Shown here in pieces: positions 22,203-30,837 of a stretch of 64,000 nt of DNA. The stretch comes from Alphaproteobacteria bacterium. Lineage in GTDB: Bacteria; Pseudomonadota; Alphaproteobacteria; Caedimonadales; UBA1908. How positions within the stretch are numbered: the first letter of the stretch is position 1; every line of letters starts with the position of its first letter. Position numbers and translations under genes: made by a program. The notes below the pieces were generated by a model, which was not told the DNA's origin, ran no database searches, and saw only the letters and a list, made by a program, of their open reading frames with translations. Location: positions 36,310 through 100,309 of the forward strand of contig JAJTHL010000021.1 of NCBI GenBank assembly GCA_021298595.1, written 5' to 3'.

Positions 22203-22895
22203 ATGCGCCCCTTACTTTTTTTCCTCGCCATAACCATTGCCTGGTTTCATAGCCCTTCAATCAGGGCCAGTGAACTTGATTTAAAAGGCGTTTTTGTAGA
22301 AAAACAAGAGGATCCTAAAACCCACAGCGTGCGCGCAAAAGTGACCATCACAGATCCCATCAAACACCAAAAACTTAATATACATCTCCAAAATCCCGCT
22401 GTTATGATGCTTTTGCAGCCAGTTATGCAAAATAAAAATCTGATGATTGACCAAAAACCAGATTCTGTCACAATTTTGGCAAGTGAAGGACTTATTCAGC
22501 AAACGATCCCCCTCCTCGATCTAATGCTACCAAAGGAAAAAGGAACCATTGAGGCTTATGTACGCCTCTTCAAGCAGGCACCCGCCAAACAAGTTCTTTT
22601 TAATCTCCCCCATGATTTTTCTTCGCAAAACTATCTGGCTTTAAATCCCGATGTGGCTCAACACGCAAAGGAGAACAATCTGGATCCAGAGGCCTTTGCT
22701 GCGCGCCACTACGCAGAATCTGGACATTTGGAAAATAGGATTTTCACACAGTCCCTGCCCCAGGACTTTAATCCAGAACGCTACCTTGCTTTAAATCCTG
22801 ACGTGGCGGCGGTGGCGGGGCTCGAAAAAGACCCCCAAGCCTTTGCCGTTTGGCATTATCTCCATCACCCCCATGAACAGAGATCATACAAATAA
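22203..22895 (+). CDS. secreted protein: IKEQD-type N-domain plus two C-terminal NPDV/EGR repeats (family member B3)
   Basis: Signal peptide MRPLLFFLAITIAWFHSPSIRA. GVFVEKQEDPKTHSVRAKVTITD aligns with B1/B2. Repeats are PHDFSSQNYLALNPDVAQHAKENNLDPEAFAARHYAESGHLENRIF and LPQDFNPERYLALNPDVAAVAGLEKDPQAFAVWHYLHHPHEQRSYK followed by the stop. By eye it is more AT-rich than its neighbours. Confidence 0.8.
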   Translation: MRPLLFFLAITIAWFHSPSIRASELDLKGVFVEKQEDPKTHSVRAKVTITDPIKHQKLNIHLQNPAVMMLLQPVMQNKNLMIDQKPDSVTILASEGLIQQTIPLLDLMLPKEKGTIEAYVRLFKQAPAKQVLFNLPHDFSSQNYLALNPDVAQHAKENNLDPEAFAARHYAESGHLENRIFTQSLPQDFNPERYLALNPDVAAVAGLEKDPQAFAVWHYLHHPHEQRSYK

Positions 22896-23125
22896 AAGGC
22901 CAGGTAACCATGCGGATTCTCTGACAAATGAGTGGCACATTCTTCGTTCATCAAAAATTTTTCATATGACCATGCCATGAGAGATCATTTTGGACCTTTC
23001 AGTGATCCACCCGCTTTCAGATCCCCATGCTTTCGTTATACAAAGCCCCTATGAAAAGTGATCAACCCCTTGAAATAAAAAGAACAATTTTGAAATCTTA
23101 AATATTTCTTAATTTTGACTTAATA

Positions 23126-23154
23126 TTGACAATGAGTCCTTACCTTTATAGAAT
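23126..23154 (+). promoter_or_regulatory. sigma70-like promoter
   Basis: TTGACA (23126-23131), 17 nt, then TAGAAT (23149-23154). Confidence 0.55.
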
Positions 23155-23205
23155 CGCTTCGTTCTAATCCGTGAGATTAGCCTTCTAGTTTTGGAGTTTA
23201 AGATA

Positions 23206-24303
23206 ATGATGCATCGCCGTGCACGTTTATTTTCGTGCGTTGTTTTTATTGCCGTATCGACAACATTTTGTCACGCAAGTTCGCCCGAGTTTGACCTTGA
23301 GCAATCTGCTCGTCCCGTTTCTTACATCTCCTCTGTGACGTCGTCGGTAAGTGACGCGCTCCATTTTGCCATGGATAACTTTTTTGCCGCGATCAGTAAA
23401 TCATGCCGCTCAGTTGCCACACGGTTGCGTCTTGCAGATAATAGCTCTCATCAAAGCCCCTTCATGGGCTTTGCACACTACAAAGCGAGAAATCCCTACT
23501 GGCATGCCCTCCCCTCTTCTCTTTTGACGGAGCTCAGGCAAGATAAATGGGCATCGAGCCATTTCATTTGGCTCCCTCATCCCCTGGAAAAAGAAACCTT
23601 TCTAAGAGATTTCACTCCCCCCCAAAGCACTCAGACAGACTCTGACCAAACTGTGGAAATGCTTAAAGACGCCATCGAAGAGCAGCAAAAGAACAGAAGG
23701 GTGATCGGGGCCGATACAGATCCTCATTGGGTCAACCCACAGAAGTTGTCCCCCGAGGAAAAATTTGAGTTGTGCCAACAGGAACTTAAAGAGGCTGTTT
23801 CTAAAATCAGCGCTTTAGAGAAATCCCATGAGAAAGAAATATCCGTCCTCAAGCGTGCTTACCTCAAAAAAGAGACGGCCTACCTTCAAAAAATTAGTTT
23901 ATTGGAAGAACAGCTTTATGCTGTTTTGCGGGCACAATTTTCCATGCCCGATGATTTTGACCCAAATGTCTACTTAGCCCTCCATGAACATCTAAAAAAA
24001 TATACAGATGAAAAAAATATGACAGCAGAGGAAGCGCATGAATTTGCTGTCACTCACTATAAAAACTATGGCGGTCCTTTAGAGCATTTGCCCTATAAAG
24101 TCGGCATGGAGACATCAATAATACTCCCACATAGCACGTCTGCTGACCAACCAGCCCTTGGCATACCCGATGGTTTTCCAGAGGATCTGATCTCTGTTTT
24201 ATTAGAAACCCCTGAACTGATTATCCAGGCGCACCAATATAGGTTGAATCTAGAAGAATACACGCGTCGATATCTTGCCCTTACCTCTGCTGGTAGAGCC
24301 TAA
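23206..24303 (+). CDS. secreted protein with a central coiled coil and one clear plus one degenerate NPDV/EGR-type repeat (family member C)
   Basis: GGAG upstream of ATG 23206. Signal peptide MMHRRARLFSCVVFIAVSTTFCHA. MPDDFDPNVYLALHEHLKKYTDEKNMTAEEAHEFAVTHYKNYGGPLEHLPYK is followed by a degenerate IPDGFPEDL..YTRRYL segment. Confidence 0.7.
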   Translation: MMHRRARLFSCVVFIAVSTTFCHASSPEFDLEQSARPVSYISSVTSSVSDALHFAMDNFFAAISKSCRSVATRLRLADNSSHQSPFMGFAHYKARNPYWHALPSSLLTELRQDKWASSHFIWLPHPLEKETFLRDFTPPQSTQTDSDQTVEMLKDAIEEQQKNRRVIGADTDPHWVNPQKLSPEEKFELCQQELKEAVSKISALEKSHEKEISVLKRAYLKKETAYLQKISLLEEQLYAVLRAQFSMPDDFDPNVYLALHEHLKKYTDEKNMTAEEAHEFAVTHYKNYGGPLEHLPYKVGMETSIILPHSTSADQPALGIPDGFPEDLISVLLETPELIIQAHQYRLNLEEYTRRYLALTSAGRA

Positions 24304-24310
24304 GCCCCCC

Positions 24311-24341
24311 AAAAAAGCCTGGCTTGATGCCAGGCTTTTTT
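24311..24341 (+). terminator. rho-independent terminator
   Basis: aaaaaagcctggc ttgat gccaggctttttt: perfect stem plus T-run. Confidence 0.8.
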
Positions 24342-24413
24342 GCTTATAATTAATCATTTATAAAGAAAGACCCTATATGATCATCTTATGATTGTTGTCA
24401 GGCGGGGGCTTTT

Positions 24414-24767
24414 ATGCGTCATTCTTTTTTATTGCTTCTCACACCTTTAGTAATGACTTTTGGATTCCCTCTTAAGGCCTCGGACCCCACTCCGTGGGAT
24501 TTAAAAGAGGGCCGTGACTTGCTGAGTCATCCCCAGACACTTTCCCACCCAGGAACGCAAAGTGTGACTCGCCCGCCTATGGCCTCCCAGAAGGGCGCGT
24601 GTGCGGCTCAAACGAGTTGGAATACAAAAACGGTTCCGTGCCCCCCTTTGTCCTTGCAGCAGAATAAGGAAAAGGCTCCACCTTCTGATTCCGAAGAGGT
24701 GGTTGAGCGAGCACGAACCCAGGGTGTGATTGAGGATTACCGCATAAGTGACCCTCTCACCAATTAA
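24414..24767 (+). CDS. small secreted hypothetical protein
   Basis: 117 aa. Signal peptide MRHSFLLLLTPLVMTFGFPLKA|SDP has the same A|SDP junction as the coiled-coil subfamily. P/S/T/Q-rich with no repeat. Bracketed by two terminators. Confidence 0.5.
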   Translation: MRHSFLLLLTPLVMTFGFPLKASDPTPWDLKEGRDLLSHPQTLSHPGTQSVTRPPMASQKGACAAQTSWNTKTVPCPPLSLQQNKEKAPPSDSEEVVERARTQGVIEDYRISDPLTN

Positions 24768-24795
24768 GAAATACCATAAAAAAGACATGAAACTA

Positions 24796-24824
24796 AAAAG
24801 CCCGGTTTGAGCCGGGCTTTTGTT
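24796..24824. terminator. bidirectional terminator hairpin between the small secreted ORF and lepB
   Basis: aaaaagcccgg tttga gccgggctttt, with A-run and T-run flanks. Confidence 0.7.
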
Positions 24825-25628
24825 TTATTTAATAAGTTTAAAAAGGCGCTTGTAGCGAATGGCTGTGGGCCATTTCCATACTTCCCACCACCTGGCTGTA
24901 GTGGAAAAGAAAATAAGCTCAGCCCGGCCCACTAGATTTTCAGCCGGAATAAAGCCCACGGTTTCCTCGAGGCGGCTGTCACCCGAATGATCGCGGTTAT
25001 CCCCCATCATAAAGTAATGTCCTTCTGGCACCAAAAATTCCCTCGTGTTATCAAGACGTCCCTGACCAAAAGGTTCGTGTTTTAGCATGGTGTGCTTTAA
25101 GTCACCTGGAAGGGTTTCCACATACTGCGGCACCTTTTCGCCCGCCTCATTAAAGACACGGTTTTCCTGACGAGAGGACCCCACAAGCTTGAGGTGATCC
25201 ACAAAGTCTTCTTCGCGGGTAAGGGGGCAAGGATGACCGTTGATGTACAAGACCCCTTCTTTCATCTGTATGCGGTCGCCCGGAAGGCCAATAAGACGCT
25301 TGATCCAGACTTCATCCTGTTGGTGGGGAGGCGTAAAGACCACAACCTCGCCGCGCTTGGGTTCACTGCTAAAAAAACCTGTAATACGCCCTGAAAACAG
25401 AGGCGGGGCAAAAGGAATCGAGTACTTGCTATAGCCGTACTGATATTTTGAAACAAAGAGGAAGTCGCCAATCAGAAGCCCTGGCTTCATGGAGTCAGAG
25501 GGAATCACGTAAGGTTTGAAAAGAAAGGTATGGATCCCTAGCACGAGCACAAGCGCCCAAAAAAGAGACACGATTTGCTGTCCTAAGGTTTCTGGTTGTT
25601 TTTTCTTGGCCACGGTGCGTCCTTTCAT
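24825..25628 (-). CDS. lepB: signal peptidase I
   Basis: 267 aa with an N-terminal TM helix, SDSMKPGL (catalytic Ser), KRLIGLPGD (catalytic Lys box) and GDNRDHSGDSR. Confidence 0.95.
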   Translation of the reverse strand: MKGRTVAKKKQPETLGQQIVSLFWALVLVLGIHTFLFKPYVIPSDSMKPGLLIGDFLFVSKYQYGYSKYSIPFAPPLFSGRITGFFSSEPKRGEVVVFTPPHQQDEVWIKRLIGLPGDRIQMKEGVLYINGHPCPLTREEDFVDHLKLVGSSRQENRVFNEAGEKVPQYVETLPGDLKHTMLKHEPFGQGRLDNTREFLVPEGHYFMMGDNRDHSGDSRLEETVGFIPAENLVGRAELIFFSTTARWWEVWKWPTAIRYKRLFKLIK

Positions 25629-25791
25629 TTGTGAACACTTGAGCTCACGGCGTTAAATCTCTCTTTTGTTATATACAGGTCTTGGCCCTTCAGCAAGGCA
25701 AGGGCTGTAATTTTTAGTTATAAAAAGCATATTGGCACCTGCCCCCCCCTATGGCACTTTAAGATGGCGAACATCAAGGATTTTACTGGTT

Positions 25792-27162
25792 ATGAGTCAC
25801 AACGTTTCCCTTCACGTCATCGTGCTGGCCGCAGGACACGGCACGCGGATGCGCTCAGAAATACCTAAGGTCATGCACACCCTTTCAGGGTTTCCTTTGG
25901 TAGAGCACGCGCTCCTCGCCGCAAAAAACCTAAAGGCCACCAGTACGACTTTGGTCGTGTCACCGTCCCTTTTACCCAGCGTGGCGCCCCTTCAAGAAAA
26001 AGACAGCGCTCTTAATGTTGCGGTGCAGCAAGACGCGAACGGCACGGCTGGTGCGGTCCTTGCAACCAAGGATATCTTGTCCCATGCCCAGGGGGTTGCC
26101 CTTATTCTTTTTGCCGACACACCCCTTGTGCGACCCCAGGTCCTGAGCGCCCTTGTGTCAACGCTCCTGGCAGACCCCAAGCGCGCCCTGACGATCCTTG
26201 CCCTAGAGGCCCCGAATCACCCCCATTACGGCCGAGTGATCTTAGACCCTGACCATCCCGAGCGCGTCACACGCATTGTAGAGGTCAAGAATGCAACACC
26301 AGAAGAAGAGGCCCTCTCCCTTTGTAATGCGGGCCTCATGGCGGTCAGGTGTGAATATCTTTTTGAGCTCCTCTCTCAGGTCACCCCAAACGTCCTAACC
26401 AAAGAGTTGTATTTAACGGACATTATCGCCCTTGCAAGAAAAGCTGGTCTTTTCGTCGGATGGGAAAAGGCTGACTTTACCGACGCCATGGGCATCAACA
26501 CACGAAAAGACCTCGCCACCGCCGAGATCATCATGCAAGGGCGCCTGCGCGAAAAAGCCTTGGACCAAGGTGTTATGATGGTGGATGTCACAACGACGTA
26601 CCTGTCCCTTGATACAACCTTTGGAAGGGACGTGATCCTTTATCCCCACGTGTATTTTGGGCGAGGCGTCACCCTTGGGGATGAAACCCAGGTCCACAGT
26701 TTTTCTCATCTGGAAGGGGCAATCCTTGAAAAAGGGGTGAGTGTGGGCCCCTATGCCCGCCTTCGCCCTGGCACGCATCTTAAGGAAGGGGCGCGCGTCG
26801 GCAACTTTGTCGAACTTAAGGCGACAACCCTCGGGGCGCATTCAAAGGTCAATCACCTAACGTATCTCGGTGACAGCACCGTTGGCGACAACTGCAATAT
26901 CGGCGCTGGCACCATTACCTGCAATTATGACGGGCAGAACAAGCATAAAACCCATATCGAGGACGATGTCTTTGTGGGCTCCAACAGCACGCTGATCGCG
27001 CCTTTGCATCTGGGGCGCGGCGCTTACGTGGGGGCTGGCAGCACCCTCACCCAGAATGTTGCGCCGGGCGCCCTTGCTCTTTCCCGCACGCCCCAAAAGG
27101 AAATCCCTGGGGCTGCCCTTCGTCTTCAAGCTCGTTTATCTTCAAAAAAGGAGTCTTCTTAA
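25792..27162 (+). CDS. glmU: bifunctional UDP-N-acetylglucosamine pyrophosphorylase / glucosamine-1-phosphate N-acetyltransferase
   Basis: LAAGHGTRM nucleotide-binding motif and a C-terminal left-handed beta-helix with hexapeptide repeats. ATG at 25792 (MSHNVSLHVIVLAAG). Confidence 0.93.
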   Translation: MSHNVSLHVIVLAAGHGTRMRSEIPKVMHTLSGFPLVEHALLAAKNLKATSTTLVVSPSLLPSVAPLQEKDSALNVAVQQDANGTAGAVLATKDILSHAQGVALILFADTPLVRPQVLSALVSTLLADPKRALTILALEAPNHPHYGRVILDPDHPERVTRIVEVKNATPEEEALSLCNAGLMAVRCEYLFELLSQVTPNVLTKELYLTDIIALARKAGLFVGWEKADFTDAMGINTRKDLATAEIIMQGRLREKALDQGVMMVDVTTTYLSLDTTFGRDVILYPHVYFGRGVTLGDETQVHSFSHLEGAILEKGVSVGPYARLRPGTHLKEGARVGNFVELKATTLGAHSKVNHLTYLGDSTVGDNCNIGAGTITCNYDGQNKHKTHIEDDVFVGSNSTLIAPLHLGRGAYVGAGSTLTQNVAPGALALSRTPQKEIPGAALRLQARLSSKKESS

Positions 27163-27165
27163 TCC

Positions 27166-29004
27166 ATGTGCGGCATTCTTGGCATTCTTAGCACCCGTCC
27201 CGTTGTCCAACGCCTGATTGACGGGCTAAGGCGTCTTGAGTACCGAGGGTATGACTCTGCAGGAATTGCAGTCTTAGAAGGAACTGAGATTCAACGCCTT
27301 CGCGCATCTGGTAAAATCGCCGCCCTTGAGCGCCTTCGCGCGGATGACCCCTGCCTTGAGGCCGGCACCCTTGGCATTGCCCACACAAGATGGGCGACCC
27401 ACGGCGCCCCCACGCAAATAAACGCCCATCCCCACCAAAGCGAAACCATCACCTTAGTCCATAACGGCGTGATTGAAAACCACGCGGAGCTGCGCGAATC
27501 GCTCATGCGTGACGGCTTTACCTTTGTCAGCGAGACCGACACCGAGGTCGCTGTCCATTTGATCGAGCAGCTGCGCGCGCAAACTGGTAGCCTTCTTAAA
27601 GCCGTCCACGAGGCGTCCCACCGCCTTAAAGGTGCTTTTTCCTTGGCAGTCCTTTCGTCCCAAGATCCAGATACCCTGGTCGGCGTCAGGCGCGCCTCTC
27701 CTTTAGCTGTGGGGTACGGAAAGGACGAGTTCTTTTTAGGCTCTGACGCCCTTTCTCTTGCAGCTCTCACCCAAACCATTACCTTCCTTGAAGAAGGGGA
27801 CATTGCAGTCCTTACCCCAGCGGGGATTACCCTGTATGATGATACCTTGGCACCAGTCACGCGCGAGATCGTCGAGACAACCCTGACAGCAGACCTTATC
27901 AGCAAAGGGGGCTATCCCCACTTTATGCTTAAGGAAATTTACGAACAACCCGACGTGCTGCGTCATCTTTTACAGCACTACACCGAGTCACCAGACGCGC
28001 TGACCTTTCCCTTTTCCTGGCAGAACGTCCCGCGCCTGACCATCGTTGCGTGCGGGACCGCCTATTATGCCGGGATGGTTGCCAAATACTGGTTCGAGCG
28101 TTTTGGCGGCATCACGGTTGATATTGATATTGCCTCAGAATTCCGCTACCGCCAGCCGCCCCTGCCTGAGAAGGGTGTCGCCCTTTTTATCTCACAGTCC
28201 GGCGAGACGGCAGACACACTGGCGGCCCTGGAATACGCCAAAAGCCATGGCCAATACTGCATGGCACTTCTCAACGTGGAAAGCAGCTCCATGGCGCGCG
28301 CCGCCCACCAAGTGCTCCCCTTAAAGGCGGGGCCCGAAATTGGCGTGGCCTCAACCAAGGCCTTCACGGCCATGATTGCGGTCTTGGCCCTTTTGCTTTT
28401 GCGTATAGCCAAGGAAAAGGGGCGTCTGACACAGGAGGAGTGTGACGCCCATCTCGAAGACTTAAGGCGCCTACCAGTCCTGATGGAAGAGGTCCTGACC
28501 CACAGGGCAGAGCTTCGCGCCCTTGCCGAGATTCTGACAACCTCCCGGGATGTTTTGTATTTGGGACGCGGGGGGTCGTACGCCATGGCTTTGGAAGGGG
28601 CCCTGAAACTTAAGGAGATTTCTTATTTACACGCCGAAGGATACGCGGCCGGCGAGCTAAAACACGGGCCCATCGCCCTGCTTGCGGATAATGTTCCCGT
28701 TGTGACCTTGGCGCCCCAAGACGAACTTTTTGATAAGACCTATTCTAACATGCAAGAAGCGCTGGCGAGGGGTGCCCGCCTTATTCTTTTGTCCGATGCG
28801 GGCGGTGTGACCAAAGCGCGCCTGGGAGGTCGAGCCCCCGAGGCCGAGCGCCTATCGGTTTTTGAAGTGCCGCGCACGACGTACCTCACAGCTCCCATCC
28901 TTTATGCCCTGCCCTTGCAGCTTTTTGCCTATGAAGCGGGTCTTCATTTGGGCGCGGACGTCGATCAACCACGCAACCTTGCCAAGTCCGTCACCGTTGA
29001 ATAA
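27166..29004 (+). CDS. glmS: glutamine--fructose-6-phosphate aminotransferase
   Basis: MCGILGI N-terminal nucleophile, two SIS domains and the C-terminal ..DQPRNLAKSVTVE. Confidence 0.97.
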   Translation: MCGILGILSTRPVVQRLIDGLRRLEYRGYDSAGIAVLEGTEIQRLRASGKIAALERLRADDPCLEAGTLGIAHTRWATHGAPTQINAHPHQSETITLVHNGVIENHAELRESLMRDGFTFVSETDTEVAVHLIEQLRAQTGSLLKAVHEASHRLKGAFSLAVLSSQDPDTLVGVRRASPLAVGYGKDEFFLGSDALSLAALTQTITFLEEGDIAVLTPAGITLYDDTLAPVTREIVETTLTADLISKGGYPHFMLKEIYEQPDVLRHLLQHYTESPDALTFPFSWQNVPRLTIVACGTAYYAGMVAKYWFERFGGITVDIDIASEFRYRQPPLPEKGVALFISQSGETADTLAALEYAKSHGQYCMALLNVESSSMARAAHQVLPLKAGPEIGVASTKAFTAMIAVLALLLLRIAKEKGRLTQEECDAHLEDLRRLPVLMEEVLTHRAELRALAEILTTSRDVLYLGRGGSYAMALEGALKLKEISYLHAEGYAAGELKHGPIALLADNVPVVTLAPQDELFDKTYSNMQEALARGARLILLSDAGGVTKARLGGRAPEAERLSVFEVPRTTYLTAPILYALPLQLFAYEAGLHLGADVDQPRNLAKSVTVE

Positions 29005-29058
29005 AGGAATGGCTGACCCACTTCGGTGGGCCTGCCGTTCCTTTGCTTTAGCAAAAGC

Positions 29059-29760
29059 TTATTCTTGATTTGATTCGCTGAGAAATGGAAAGGGAAACTT
29101 AGGACCTGCATAGCGGACGTCATCCCTAAAGAGCCACAGACCGTGTAGAGTGTCGATGAGCACGAGCCGGTCTTTTTTTGAGCAGCTTGTCGCCCCTCTC
29201 AAAAAGTTTAATCGAATTGCTTTATTTCTTTCTTCTAACCCATGGATCCACTTTGAAATCCTTATATCGAGATCCTGCTTTGAAAAAGATGCAGACGTCT
29301 CAAGAGACAGAAAAGCATCTCCAAATAAGACCTTTGTTACCATAAAGGGATCTATTTTTTGAGCATCTACAAGGTCCTCCACCTGTGATTTTGTCTGAGA
29401 AGGAGGCGCGTAACGAAGATCTTCCCTTAAATTAAATACTAAATGTTCCTTCTGTAACAAGGGATCCCGGACATACCTCATCAAGGGATGTGTGAGATCC
29501 CATTCAAACTCTGCCTGAAGACGGTCACACATTCTGGCAAGGTAAGAGAGTCGGTCCATCCACAAAGTCAGTACTTCATCGACTTTCTCAAGATATTGGC
29601 GTCTTTCATTGACGTCGTCAAAATGGTCAAAGTTTGCCTCTTGCGCGGTGGCTGCGTGCTTAGAAAGAATAACGTCCTCTCTTATTTCTTCGTCTGCCTG
29701 GCAAAAAGAGGTGGTAAAAAAAATAGCCATAAGGCTGTAAAGAGTCGCGCAGATACGCAT
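29059..29760 (-). CDS. secreted hypothetical protein
   Basis: 233 aa. Signal peptide MRICATLYSLMAIFFTTSFCQA. No motif I recognise. Starts 3 nt after the mltG stop. By eye it is AT-richer than the flanking genes. Confidence 0.6.
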   Translation of the reverse strand: MRICATLYSLMAIFFTTSFCQADEEIREDVILSKHAATAQEANFDHFDDVNERRQYLEKVDEVLTLWMDRLSYLARMCDRLQAEFEWDLTHPLMRYVRDPLLQKEHLVFNLREDLRYAPPSQTKSQVEDLVDAQKIDPFMVTKVLFGDAFLSLETSASFSKQDLDIRISKWIHGLEERNKAIRLNFLRGATSCSKKDRLVLIDTLHGLWLFRDDVRYAGPKFPFPFLSESNQE

Positions 29761-29763
29761 GGG

Positions 29764-30837
29764 TTAATTCCTTTCGTGAGACTGTAACGGTTCTAGGGGT
29801 GCCTCTCTTGCCTTTTTTTGTGATTGATAGATTTTGCGCCACGCGCCGTGGTGTTTTTTATGCGCCTCGTAGGTTGCCGAGAAAACATGCCCGCCTTTCC
29901 CATCCGCCACAAAATAAAGGTCTTCTGTCTTGGCAGGCATCATAACCGCTTGAAGGGCGGCGCGCCCCGGATGACAAATGGGAGTGGGGGGAAGCCCCGC
30001 GTGCACATACGTATTAAACGGCGTTTCCTCTTTGAGATCTTCTTTTGAAAGGGCCCCACTAAGGGGCGCTCCTCTTTTAAGCCACAGACCGTACCTAACC
30101 GTTGCGTCACACTGAAGGGGGATGCCTTTGCGCAGGCGGTTAAAAAAAACAGCCGCAACGTAAGGACGCTCCCTCGCGATGGCTGTTTCTTTCTCGACGA
30201 GAGAGGCAAGGATAAGGGCGTCTTTAGGCGTGGCAAGCGGCAAAGACGGTGCACGTCCTTCCCAAAGGGGCATAAGCCATTTTTCTTGGGCTTTTTTCAT
30301 ACGCATAATAAGAGCCTCTATGCTTTCACCCCGTACAAATTCGTAGGTTTCGGGCAGTAACGACCCTTCTTCAATGGAGGGGATAGGTTCCTTGGAAAAA
30401 AGGTCTTTTTTCCCCTCTAAGGCCCTGATCAAAAGGGGTGTTTCCCACCCTTCCGGCAGGGTTATTTTGTGACGAAGAACGCGCCCCATCTGCAGCTGAT
30501 CCAAGATGTAGGCAGGCGTCACCTGACCCTGAAACGCGTACTCGCCAGCCTGAAGAACGACACCCTGATGAAAAAGACGCACGCCCACCCGAAACTTCAA
30601 GGATGAGGGGATGAGGCCCTCTTGGAAGAGAGTTTGGCTGATTTTCTTTAAAGACGCCCCCCGTTCAAAGAAAACAATTTTTTCCTTAGGCAGGATCATA
30701 ATTTGCCGGAAAGACTCCTTTGCCTTGTAAAGAAAAATGGCACAAAAAAGGCTCATCCCCAACAAAATGATGGAGATGAGCTCGACAAAAGGACGGATTC
30801 CTCGTTTAATCAAGACGACCAAAAATAAGAGACGCAT
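29764..30837 (-). CDS. mltG: endolytic murein transglycosylase MltG (YceG family)
   Basis: N-terminal TM helix, LPEGWE and ASLVEKET motifs. Start is uncertain: ATG 30837 overlaps the end of fabF by about 30 nt. Confidence 0.85.
   Translation of the reverse strand: MRLLFLVVLIKRGIRPFVELISIILLGMSLFCAIFLYKAKESFRQIMILPKEKIVFFERGASLKKISQTLFQEGLIPSSLKFRVGVRLFHQGVVLQAGEYAFQGQVTPAYILDQLQMGRVLRHKITLPEGWETPLLIRALEGKKDLFSKEPIPSIEEGSLLPETYEFVRGESIEALIMRMKKAQEKWLMPLWEGRAPSLPLATPKDALILASLVEKETAIARERPYVAAVFFNRLRKGIPLQCDATVRYGLWLKRGAPLSGALSKEDLKEETPFNTYVHAGLPPTPICHPGRAALQAVMMPAKTEDLYFVADGKGGHVFSATYEAHKKHHGAWRKIYQSQKKAREAPLEPLQSHERN

Noticed and set aside
27100-27170. I checked for a glmS ribozyme or leader upstream of glmS.
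   Set aside because: glmS starts 4 nt after the glmU stop, so there is no room for a leader. The ribozyme is also a Gram-positive feature.
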